A program made the position numbers and the translations under genes. 64,000 nt of DNA from a virus (Duplodnaviria; Caudoviricetes). Below, one piece after another: positions 8,708-18,800 of the stretch (within the stretch, counting starts at the first letter, position 1; the number at the start of each line of letters is the position of its first letter). The stretch spans positions 5,472-69,471 of IMG/VR virus record IMGVR_UViG_2974690805_000001; one strand, written 5' to 3'. The notes below the pieces were generated by a model. It was given only the letters and a program-made list of their open reading frames with translations, searched no databases and was not told the origin of the DNA.

Positions 8708-9511
8708 ATGCCGGGTGCATTTCCACTCGTCAAGGGCACCGCGCTGCGGGCGACGAAGATCAACTCTTGCGGTATGCCGGTCGCTGGACCGCGCAACCGA
8801 CTGGTGACGAAGGGCTTCGTCACTGCCACGCTGACCCCGGTCATGCGCGACGCCGAAGACCTTGAGCAGGTCAACGCCGAGGGCCGAGTGTGCGTGTCCG
8901 ACCGCACGCCGCCCGAGCGCCGCTGGTACACCGCGGCGATCGAACTCTGCAACGTCAACCCCGGCCTGATCACGATGTTCACCGGCTGGGAATCGGTGCT
9001 CGACGCCGCCGACCTGCCGGTCGGCTTCCGCGACAGCGACGTGATCGAGTCCGACTACGGCATCGCGCTGGAAATCTGGACTTCGGGCAAGAGCGAGGAC
9101 GACTGCGGCGACGCGCCGACTCGCGACTCGGTGTTCACCGCGCCGGGCAGTGGCCGCAAGTATGGCTACTTCCTGTTCGGCGGTACCGAGTGGACCCTCG
9201 GCGACATCGCGATCGGCTCGACCGTCGCGACGCTGACGCTCACCGGGCGCACGATCGCGATGCCGTGGTGGGGCCGTGGCCCGTACAACGTCGCCGCAGC
9301 CGAGGACGGCACCGCCGCCCGCCTGCTGGTGCCGACGAGCGCGAAGGAACACCTGACGGTGTTCCGCACGCCGATCGCGCCGCCCGAGCCGACCGAGGGC
9401 AACGAGCCGGTCGCGCTCGCGACGAGCACGATCTTCACCGCGCCCGACTTCTACTACGGCGGTCCCGCCGACGAGCCGGAAGCCGACGTCGCACCGCCGC
9501 AGGCTGCGTAG
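8708..9511 (+). CDS. major tail (tube) protein
   Basis: GGAGG RBS, 267 aa, followed by strong terminator; typical position and composition. Confidence 0.8.
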   Translation: MPGAFPLVKGTALRATKINSCGMPVAGPRNRLVTKGFVTATLTPVMRDAEDLEQVNAEGRVCVSDRTPPERRWYTAAIELCNVNPGLITMFTGWESVLDAADLPVGFRDSDVIESDYGIALEIWTSGKSEDDCGDAPTRDSVFTAPGSGRKYGYFLFGGTEWTLGDIAIGSTVATLTLTGRTIAMPWWGRGPYNVAAAEDGTAARLLVPTSAKEHLTVFRTPIAPPEPTEGNEPVALATSTIFTAPDFYYGGPADEPEADVAPPQAA

Positions 9512-9522
9512 GCGCACAGCCA

Positions 9523-9563
9523 ACGAGAACGGCCCCGAGGATTGACCTCGGGGCCGTTGTCGT
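9523..9563. terminator. bidirectional intrinsic terminator
   Basis: acgagaacggccccgagg-attga-cctcggggccgttgtcgt between convergent genes. Confidence 0.85.
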
Positions 9564-9573
9564 GTCTGGCAGG

Positions 9574-9924
9574 TCAGACCGAGCGGGCGAACTTCACGCC
9601 CTTGACGAACGCCATGAGTTCGCGCCGGGCGGCGACGACGCCCTCAAGCGAGCCGGTCGCCCAATAGCCGATGCAGTCGTCGGAAGTGCCGACGCGACCG
9701 GGATGAGGCAGGTACACCGACCAACGGCAATCGCTCAAATCCCAACCGTTTGCGCCGAGCTTGCCGTTGCCGATGTAGCCGACGGTGACCTTGCGGCTGT
9801 GGTCGGCGTCGGTCAGGCCGAGCAGTGCGTTGAGTTCGGCGACCTCGGCCTTGAGCAGTTCTTCCTGACGGGCGAAGGCGGCGGCGATGTCGGCGTCGGT
9901 GCGGGTGCGGGTCGTGGCGGTCAT
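9574..9924 (-). CDS. hypothetical protein (cassette gene 3)
   Basis: 116 aa ORF downstream of repeat promoter. Confidence 0.8.
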   Translation of the reverse strand: MTATTRTRTDADIAAAFARQEELLKAEVAELNALLGLTDADHSRKVTVGYIGNGKLGANGWDLSDCRWSVYLPHPGRVGTSDDCIGYWATGSLEGVVAARRELMAFVKGVKFARSV

Positions 9925-9994
9925 GTCTTCCTTCCTCGGCGGGTCGATCCCGCCTCACACGAATGAAGTTACCCGACGCTGTCGCACTTGTCAA
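9925..9994 (-). promoter_or_regulatory. repeat promoter element, copy 3
   Basis: -35 at 9989-9994, hairpin 9938-9954, GAGGAAGG. Confidence 0.92.
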
Positions 9995-10035
9995 CACATC
10001 GCCGAGATTGCCGACTCGCGGGCTAGTCTGGTCGC

Positions 10036-10776
10036 ATGTCCTTCGACTGGCCGATCGACCGCGACTGCCTGCCGCCGCTGCCTGCGCCCGACGCCGACGA
10101 CTACGACGACAAGCTCGCCGAGCGCAGCGCCGCCGAGGATATGGCGGTGTCGGTGCTGTGGGCGCTGTCAGGGCGTCAGTTCGGCATCCGCGACGTCACC
10201 GTGCGCCCCTGCATCGAGACATCACCGATCAATCACCACGGCAGCGGCCCGCTGACAAGCTACGTCCTGTCGTGGGAAGGCGACCGTTGGGTCAACTGGT
10301 GGTGCGGCTGCATCGGCGGCTGCCGCCGGTCGAACGGGCGAGCGGTGCATCTGCCCGGCCCGGTTGTCGAGGTGACCCGCGTCGAGGTCAACGGCGTCGA
10401 TCTGCCGTCGAACGTGTGGGTCGAGCAAGACGGCGTGCTCTACCGGCGCGAGACGACCTGGCCGCGGCAAGACCTCGGTCGCCCGCTCGGCGAGGTCAAC
10501 ACTTGGGCCGTCCACTACCGGCGAGGGCAGGCCGTGCCGCCGAACGTCGAGAAGCTGACCGGCGTGCTGGCGCGTGAGTTCATCCGCGCCTGCGACGACA
10601 ACAGCAAGTGCCGTCTTCCCCGCACCGTGACCACGGCCAGCCGTCAGGGCGTCACCTACCGGGTCTACGACCCGGCGAAAATCTACGCCGACGGCAAGAC
10701 CAACATCCCCGAGATCGACCAGTGGCTCGCCGCGGTCAACCCGCATCACCTGATGCAGACGGCGACGGTGCTCTGA
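10036..10776 (+). CDS. head-to-tail adaptor
   Basis: CRLPRTVTTASRQGVTY...TNIPEIDQWLAAVNP motif typical of actinophage adaptors. Confidence 0.75.
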   Translation: MSFDWPIDRDCLPPLPAPDADDYDDKLAERSAAEDMAVSVLWALSGRQFGIRDVTVRPCIETSPINHHGSGPLTSYVLSWEGDRWVNWWCGCIGGCRRSNGRAVHLPGPVVEVTRVEVNGVDLPSNVWVEQDGVLYRRETTWPRQDLGRPLGEVNTWAVHYRRGQAVPPNVEKLTGVLAREFIRACDDNSKCRLPRTVTTASRQGVTYRVYDPAKIYADGKTNIPEIDQWLAAVNPHHLMQTATVL

Positions 10777-11321
10777 TGACCTCGCCCGAGGTGTGCGTCG
10801 ATCCGGTCGCCGAGATCGTCAACACCTTCGTCGGCGTGCTCAAAGACGTCTTCGACCCCGACCCCGAGGGGCCGTGCCCGCCGCTGGTCGGCACCACGGC
10901 GAACGTGCGTTTCTTCGCAGGCGAGGGCGCACCGCTGGCGGCGTGGAACGCGCACGCCGAGGGCGAGGGCTGCGACGACCCGTTCCTGTGGGTGCGCGTG
11001 ATGCGCCGCTACCGATCGCGCACCTTCCCCGCGCCGGTCGCCGCGAGCGAGTCCGACATCATCTGCGACATGCCGAAGGTCGTCGCCGTCGAGATCGGCG
11101 TCGGGCGCTGCGCCGTGGTCGATCAGGAACCGTCGTGGGACGACTACGCTCGCGAGGCTCAGATCAGCCTCGATGACTCATGGCGCATCGAGTCGGCGGT
11201 GTGCGCGGTCACGAAGCGCCTCGCCGCGAAGTCGTACCGCGTCGGCGCTGACACGATCGCGCCGGTCGGCCCCGAGGGCGGCGTCATCGCATGGACGGCG
11301 GTCGTCTATGTCGGCTACTGA
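10776..11321 (+). CDS. tail completion/terminator-like protein
   Basis: TGATG overlap; position in neck module. Confidence 0.55.
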   Translation: MTSPEVCVDPVAEIVNTFVGVLKDVFDPDPEGPCPPLVGTTANVRFFAGEGAPLAAWNAHAEGEGCDDPFLWVRVMRRYRSRTFPAPVAASESDIICDMPKVVAVEIGVGRCAVVDQEPSWDDYAREAQISLDDSWRIESAVCAVTKRLAAKSYRVGADTIAPVGPEGGVIAWTAVVYVGY

Positions 11322-11339
11322 GCACGGTGATCTGGAAGG

Positions 11340-11681
11340 ATGCAGACCATGACCGAGATTCTGATCGAGGGCAGTTTGTCGCCGAGTGCCTACCTCGCCC
11401 GCGGCGAGCGCAAGCGCGTGCAGGACGACGAGCATGTGCAGCGGCTGATCAAAGGCGGCTTCGTCAACGTCGTGGACGAAGGCAGCGGTGCGGTCGAACC
11501 GGCCCCGCTGCCCGAGCCGGTGTCGCCGCCCGCCCGCAATGCGAGCCGCGACGATTGGGCCGAGTTCCTCGCCGAGCACACCGACATCGTGACCGAGGGC
11601 AAAGACCGCGGCGACCTGATCGCGGCCTACGACGAGTACCTCGCGACCCACGACGCGCCCGCTGCCGACGACGACGAGTAG
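11340..11681 (+). CDS. hypothetical virion protein
   Basis: GGAAGG RBS; C-terminal HeH-like motif ASRDDWAEFLAEH. Confidence 0.65.
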   Translation: MQTMTEILIEGSLSPSAYLARGERKRVQDDEHVQRLIKGGFVNVVDEGSGAVEPAPLPEPVSPPARNASRDDWAEFLAEHTDIVTEGKDRGDLIAAYDEYLATHDAPAADDDE

Positions 11682-11689
11682 GCGACGCG

Positions 11690-12103
11690 GTGGCCGTCAC
11701 CGCCCGCATCACGATCAACGAGCCAGCCCTTGAGCGTGAGTCGGGCACGATCATCCGGCGCAAGCACCGCTCGCTGACGCGGCGCATCGCGACGCAGGCG
11801 CGGGCCGACGTGCCGGTGCGCACCGGCAACCTCGGTCGCATGATGGAAGAATCGCCGCAGGTCTATCGACCGTTTCACGTCAGCGGCGGCGTCGAGAACA
11901 AAGCCGACTACGCCGCCCCGGTGCATGAAGGCAGCCGCCCGCACGTCATCCGCGCCCGTAACGCGCAGTTCCTGCACTTCTGGTCGGGCGGCGTCGAATA
12001 CTTCCGGCGCTCGGTGTTCCATCCCGGCACCCGAGCGCGACCGTTCCTACGCAACGCCGCCGAGCGCATCGTCGCCCTCGACCCCGACATCTATCGCGAG
12101 TAG
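11690..12103 (+). CDS. HK97 gp10-like neck/tail completion protein
   Basis: VPVRTGNL...YAAPVHEG...HPGTRARPFLRNAA motif; GTG start inferred. Confidence 0.7.
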   Translation: MAVTARITINEPALERESGTIIRRKHRSLTRRIATQARADVPVRTGNLGRMMEESPQVYRPFHVSGGVENKADYAAPVHEGSRPHVIRARNAQFLHFWSGGVEYFRRSVFHPGTRARPFLRNAAERIVALDPDIYRE

Positions 12104-12131
12104 TTCGCCGACACTGGTACGCTCGGCGTCG

Positions 12132-12857
12132 ATGACCACTTTCAACGCCGAGGGCAAGATCAAGGGCGACGATCAACTGACGCCGCCGCCGTTGCCTGAC
12201 GATCACGCGCAGAACGCACCGCAGACCGAGGCCGAGCGCGAGGCTGAGCGCAAGGCCGCACAGGAAGCCCTCGCCCCGCACCGGCAGGCCGAGACGACCT
12301 CGGCGGGCGTCGAGGGCGGGCCAGACGGCCAACTCGCCGCCGCCCGCGCCGAGACGACCGAGCGTGAGGCCGACTATCAGGCCGCGCAGTCTCGGGTCGA
12401 CGCCGGAATCGAGCCGAAGCCCGGCGACGACGAGAAGATCGCGAACCGGCCCGGCGAGGCCGAGGTGCCGAAGGTCAGCAACGAACTCGCGACCGCGGTG
12501 CAGAACGAAGTCGCCCTCGCCGCCGAGGCGTGGCCGCACGACTTCATCGACTTCAAGGGCGACCACCTCGGCGTGCGCCTGCCGAAGCCGCAGGCGCTCG
12601 CGGCGTTCACGCTGTCGAGCGGCAAGTACATCCCCAACGAGACGAAGAACGATCTGACCTCGTTGTTCATGGCGAAGCATCTGTCGCCCGAGTCCTACGG
12701 GCGCGTGATGTTCCGCATGATGGACCCCGACGATCCCGACTACGACGTCGACACCGTCGGCGAGTTGTTCGGCGCGATCGTCACCGCCTCGGTCGAGGCC
12801 GATAAGGCACGCGACGAGGCTGCGAAGTCGAAGGGCACCAGCGCCGACGCTGACTAG
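12132..12857 (+). CDS. tail assembly chaperone
   Basis: Immediately upstream of tape measure gene; start inferred at ATG 12132. Confidence 0.65.
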   Translation: MTTFNAEGKIKGDDQLTPPPLPDDHAQNAPQTEAEREAERKAAQEALAPHRQAETTSAGVEGGPDGQLAAARAETTEREADYQAAQSRVDAGIEPKPGDDEKIANRPGEAEVPKVSNELATAVQNEVALAAEAWPHDFIDFKGDHLGVRLPKPQALAAFTLSSGKYIPNETKNDLTSLFMAKHLSPESYGRVMFRMMDPDDPDYDVDTVGELFGAIVTASVEADKARDEAAKSKGTSADAD

Positions 12858-12885
12858 TCGCAGGTAGCTGCGATAGCCTGGTCGC

Positions 12886-15800
12886 GTGACAGACGTCGGC
12901 CATATCAAGCTCGGCGTCGAGATTGATGCCAGCGATCTGTCGGCCAAACTCGGCGAAGCCGTGCGCCGTTCCGTTGGTCAGGCGCTGGCCGGGATCAACC
13001 GCGACTTGCAGCAGGTGCAGCGCGAATACAACGCGACCGGGCGCGAGGCGCAGAAGTCGGCCACGACGCAGGCGACCGCGCAGACCGTAGTCGACCGCGC
13101 CCTCGACACCGTGCAGCGCAACCTCAACGAGGTGCAGCGCGAGTGGAAGGCCACCGAGCGAGCCGCCGACCACTCGGCGCGGTCGTCTGAGCAGTCGGCG
13201 GCGAAGACCGCGACCGCCGCGAAGGGCGCAGCCACGGCGGTCCACGAAGTCACGACCGAGCACACGAAGGCCGCAGCCGCGGCGCAGGGCGGGGCGACCG
13301 TCTCGACCCGAGCGATCAACGCCGTCACCCGAGCGATCGAGCGGCAGACCGCCGCGCTCGCGGCCAACACCGCGGCCCGTACCGCGAACGCAGCCGCGCC
13401 GACTGGTGGCCCGCCCTCGGGCGGCGGCGGCGGTGGCGGCGGCGGTGGCTCGCCCGGCGGTATGCACGCTGGCGGCTTCATGCGCGGCGGCAAAGGCACC
13501 TTCGGCTTCCTGACCTCGCCGGTCGGCATCAACCTCATGGCGCTCGGCCTCGGCAGCTTCCCCGCGGCGGCGACCGTGGTCACCGAACTGACCGGCTCGA
13601 TTCAAGCACTCGGGCAGGCTGGCCTCGCGCTGCCCGGTATCTACGGCGGGCTGGCCGCGTCGATCGGCACCGCCGTCGTCGGCTTCAAGGGCATGGGCGA
13701 GGCGGTCGAGGCGCTCAACGAGGCCGCGAAGTCGGGCGATCCGAAGGACTTGGAGAAGGCGAAGGAAGCCCTCAAGGATATGGCCCCGGCTGCGGTCGAC
13801 ACCGCGGTCGCGGTGTCGAAGCTGACGCAGGGTCCACTCAAGGAACTGCAAAAAGCGACCGCTCAGCGGATGTTCACCGGCATCGACCGCGAGCTTGAGA
13901 CATTCGCCGGGCGAGCCGTGCCGCGGGCAACCGAGGGTATGGGCAAGGTCGCCGATGCGTGGAACGGCACGCTCAAGACGCTGCTGAGCAGCGCGGGCAG
14001 CGACCGCAACCTCGGCCTGATGGATCGCATCTTCGGCAACACCGCCGAGGGTCAGAAGCGGATGAACGCCGCGATCGACCCGCTAGTTCACGCCGTCGGC
14101 ACGCTCGTCGCCGCGGGCACCGACGTCCTGCCGCGTCTCGGCGACGGGCTGGCCGGTGTCGCTCGCCGCTTCGATGAGTGGATCACGAAGGTCGACGGCG
14201 ACGGTCGACTCAATAAGTGGATCAACGACGGCCTGACCGCGGTGCGCAACCTCGGCGAGACGTTCCTCAACATCGGCAAGATCATCACCGGCCTGACTCG
14301 CGCCGCCGGGTCAGATCAAGGCGGCTTCCTCGGCACGCTGGAACGCATCACCGGCAAGTGGTCCGATTGGGTCAACAGCGCCGAGGGTCAAGACAAACTG
14401 TCGCAGTTCTTCCGCGAGGGCCGCGAACAACTCGATCAGTGGCGACCGATCCTGAGCAACCTCGGCGACATCTTGCGGCAGGTCTACGAGGCGTCGCGGG
14501 CGTGGTCGGACATCCTGCTGCCGTTCCTGCGCGTGGCGACCGACCTGCTGACCGCGATGCCCGGCGGCATCGAGGCCGTCGTCTTCGCCTTCCTCGCGTG
14601 GCGCTCGATCAGCGGCGTGCAGTCGCTGGCCGGGTCGCTCGGCGGCATCGGTCGCACGCTCGATGATCTGCCCAACCGCACCGGGCGCAGCGTCGGCGGT
14701 ATCAACGCCGCGCTGAGCCGGATCGTCATCCCCGCGGCGCTGGCGAGCCTGCTCGGTATGCAGACGCAGGGAATGATGGGACCGGACCAGAGCGCCGGGT
14801 CGAACCTCGCCGGGGCCGGGATCAACATCGGCGGCGGCGCGATCGCTGGCGGCATGGTGGCCGGTGTGCCCGGCGCGATCGCAGGCGCGATCGCTGGCCT
14901 CGGATGGTCGATCTACAACCGCGTCAAGGGCGACATCGACAAGGGCCGCGCCGAGTGGGAAGCCAAGTGGCAGGCCGACCATGAAGCCGGGCCGGATCGC
15001 CCCGGCTCGCCAGAGCGGCAGATGGACGCCGTTCCCGCGATCCGCGGCACGATGCTGCCGTCGCAGTATTTCCCCGACGGCACGCCGCGCCCGAGCGGTC
15101 AGCAGCAGATCGCCGACATGATCGCGAAGGGCCAACTCAAGGGCTACACCCGCGGCCCGAACGGCGAGATCATCGGCCCCGACGGCAAGCCGCTCAACCT
15201 GCCGCCGCTGCCGCCGCCGACGGCACCGAAGCCGCCGCCTGCGCCGCCGGTACAGGGACCGCCGCTGCCCGAGCCGTCGAAGGATCGCCCGCTGCCGGTG
15301 ACGATCGTCAACCCGATGCCCGGCGCAGCGGTGCCGCCCGCGGTGCCGCCGAAGCCCGGTGCGCCGCCCGCGCCGGTTGTCGCGCCGCAGGACACCCGCG
15401 GGCTGCTGGTCGACACCGCGCCCGCCGAGCAGGCGCTCGATAAGGTCGCGAAGAAAGTCGAGCAACTGCCCGAGGGCGAGGTCAAGATCAAAGACCCGTC
15501 GCCCGAGGTGATGGAGAACCTCAACAAGCTCGACGTCGAGATCAAGGAACTGCCCGACGGCGAGTTTGAGGTGAAGGCGAAGACCGACCTCGCCCGGCAG
15601 CAACTCGACAAGTTCATCCGCGACTATCAGGGCGCTCAGTTCACCGTCACGCTCAACCCGAGCGGGCCGGTGCCGCAGGTGCCGCTGCCGGGCCGCACGC
15701 CGGGCCGTGCGTGGGGCGGGCCGGTGATCGGCGGCATCCGAGGCAAAGACTCGGTGCCGATTCTCGCCCAACACGGCGAATGGGTGCTCAACCCTCGCGA

Positions 15801-18800
15801 CGTGCAGGCGCTCGGCGGCTTCGCAGGCGTGTCTCAGTTCGTCTCTGCGCTGCGTTCGGGCGTGCGCGGGTACCAGACCGGCGGGCCGGTGCCGCACCTC
15901 GGCACCGGGGCGCTGCCGGGGCCGCTCAACCCCGACGACGAGACGGGCAGCACGCTGATCAAGCTGCTCGATCAGATCAGGGCGCTGCTGGCCGGGCAGG
16001 GCGGCGCGATGTCGCCGCTCAACGTCACCGCGCAGAACGTGCAGAAGCTCGCCGACGAGGCGATCGGCAAAATGCCCGGCATGGAACCGGGGCGCACCGG
16101 CCCCTTCGGCACGCCGATCGCGCCGCGTAACCGCGGTTACGAAATGGCGGCGGCGGCGATCTCGGCGCTCGGCGGCGACCCCGAGAAGTTCATCGGGGCC
16201 GAGCCGGTCAACTACTGGCGCGAGCAGATCACGCAGGCGCTGGAACCGCTGACCTCGCAGCAGCCGGGCCAGCCGGGCGCACCGGGTCAGACAATGGTGC
16301 CCGTCGATATGGCGAAGTACACCGCGGCGCTGACGGCCTTCGCCCGCAGCGGCAACCTCGCCGATGTCGGGGCGCTCGGCCTCAACGCGAACGATCCGAT
16401 CATCACCGCGATCACCTCGGCGCGGAACAAAAAGACCGGCCTCGATGACGAGGCGATCGCGAAGCTCATCGAGCAGTCGCTGTCGCCGGGCGGCTATACC
16501 GGCGTGCTCGACACGCAGAACAGCAGCCTCGTCAAGAGCTTGCAGACGTTCCGCGAGAAGCTCGCCAAGCAGACGACCACGGTCGCGACGAACGCCGTCA
16601 ACGGTGCCGTGACGCAGGCCGGGGCCGATTGGGACGCGATCGCGCAGAAGGAATCGGGCGGGCGATGGAACCTGCCCTATGGCGACCGCGACAGCACTGG
16701 CGGCTTGCAGATCAGGCAGGGCACTTGGGAACAGTTCGGCGGCACGCAGTACGCCCCGCAGCCGTGGCAGGCGACCAAGGAACAGCAGATCGCGATCGCC
16801 GAGAAGATTCTCGCCGAGCAGGGGCCGCAGGCGTGGGCGGGCGGCGCGAACTTCGTGCCCGCGAAGCCGGGCCAGCCGGTGCCGGTCAACGTCGTGCAGA
16901 GCAACGCGCCGGGCACCACGACCGGATGGTTCCCCGGCGGGACTGGTGGCCGGTCGAACGCACCCGACAAGGGGCTGGTGCCCGCCGCCGCGGCGCTCAA
17001 CGACCTGATCATGCAGAACTTCCCGCAGATCACCGACATCGGCGGCTACCGGCAAGACGCACATCCCGATCACCCGAGCGGTCGTGCGCTCGACATCATG
17101 ATCCCCGGCGGCGACACCTCGGGCGGGCGCAACCCCGCGGGTAAGGCGCTCGGCGATCAAATCTGGAATTGGCTGATGTCGACCGGCATCATCGACCCGC
17201 AAGGGTCGCTGTGGCAGACCAACACTGGCGGCAACCACTACGACCACATCCACGCCCGCATTGCCGAGGGCATGGAAAACGCCGCGGTGCAGGCCGGGCT
17301 GATCCCGCAGGCCGGTCAGTACGGCCCCGGCGGCACGATGGGCGCGAACGGCGGCGTCGTCAACGTCTTCGTGACCAACTGGCCGGGCCAGCAGCAGGGT
17401 CAGTTGCCGCCGGGCGCTCAGCAGGTCATCGACGGCGCGACGCAGGGCATCGGCGAGGCCGCGAACAACGTGATCGGCGACGTCATGGGCGCGGTGCCCG
17501 GTGCGCTGATGACGCCCGAGGGCGAGCGGATGCCCGACGCCGAACTCGGTCGGCTCATCCGCGAGCGCAACCCTATGGCGATCGCCGCCGCGCTCGGCTT
17601 CAACGTGCAGGACTTCACCCGGCAGGGCGGGCAGTTCGGCGAGGAAGGGCCGCAGCGGCGCGAAGGGCCAGCGGGCGACGCCTCGGGGCGCATCTTCTCA
17701 GACACCGCCGGGCTGGCCGACCGCACGACGACCGACCTCACCGCGCAGTTGCAGGCGATGCGCGAGCAGTTGGTCGACGTCATCGAGCAGGTCAGCCAGA
17801 AGCTCAACGATCAGGCGCTTGAGCCGGTCGTCAAGGCGGGCGTGCAATCTGCCCTTGAGTCGCTCAAAGACAGCGTGAGCAGCGCGATCGGTACCGCGCT
17901 CGGTAACGCCGCCGCCCCGCCGATCGCTGACGCGGTGCGCAGCGCCGTGCCGCAGCAGTCGCCCGGTGCCGGTGTCGGCGGGCAGGCTGCGGCACCGTTC
18001 CAGGCAGCCGCCGGGGCGCTGTTCGCCAGCGGTGGCCCGGTCTTCGGCGGCACGCCGGGCAAGGATTCCGTGCCCGCGCTGCTGATGCCGGGCGAGTACG
18101 TCTTCGACCGCGACGCGGTGCGCCGTATGGGCGGCGTCGCGGGCGTCGATCAGTTCCGGCAGGCGCTCAAGACCGGCACGGTGCGCCGCTTCGCTACCGG
18201 CGGCGGTGTGATCGGCAACGATGTCGTCGGTGCCGAGTTCTTCGGCGTGTCCGAGGTGCCGATCATCGGCGCGATCGTCAACCTGCTGGTGCGCGTGCTG
18301 CTCAAGGTCATCGGCGTCGAGATCGAGGTGCGCGACACGCTTGAGGAACTGAGCGGCGACTTCCGGCAGTTCCGCGGCGACGCTTTCAAGGCGTTCGACG
18401 CGCAGGGCCGACTGCTCAACGATACGAGCGGGCTGATCGACCGCTCGATGTCGAGCGAGCAGGCCGTCGCCGACGAGCGCATCCGCATCCTCAAGATCGT
18501 GATCGAAGCGATGGTGCGCTACATCATCGAGAAGGTCATCGTGCCGATCGCGAAGGCCGTGGCGAACGCCGCAATCCAAGCGGGCGCGAGCGCCGCCGGG
18601 GCCGCGGTCAACACGCAGGCACCTGGCGCGGGCGGCATCGTGTCGGCGTTGATCTCGTCGGCGGGTCAGGCGGGCGTCGAGATCGCCGCCGAGGTCGGCA
18701 CCGACTTCGCACTCGCGGTCAGCGAGACGCTGATCGACATGACCGCCGAGGGCTTGCAGACGCTGGTGCCCGACCTGATGACACAAATCTTCGGCGGGCA

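Noticed and set aside
13411-13460. Poly-Gly GGC repeat in the tape measure gene
   Set aside because: Ordinary low-complexity coding linker.
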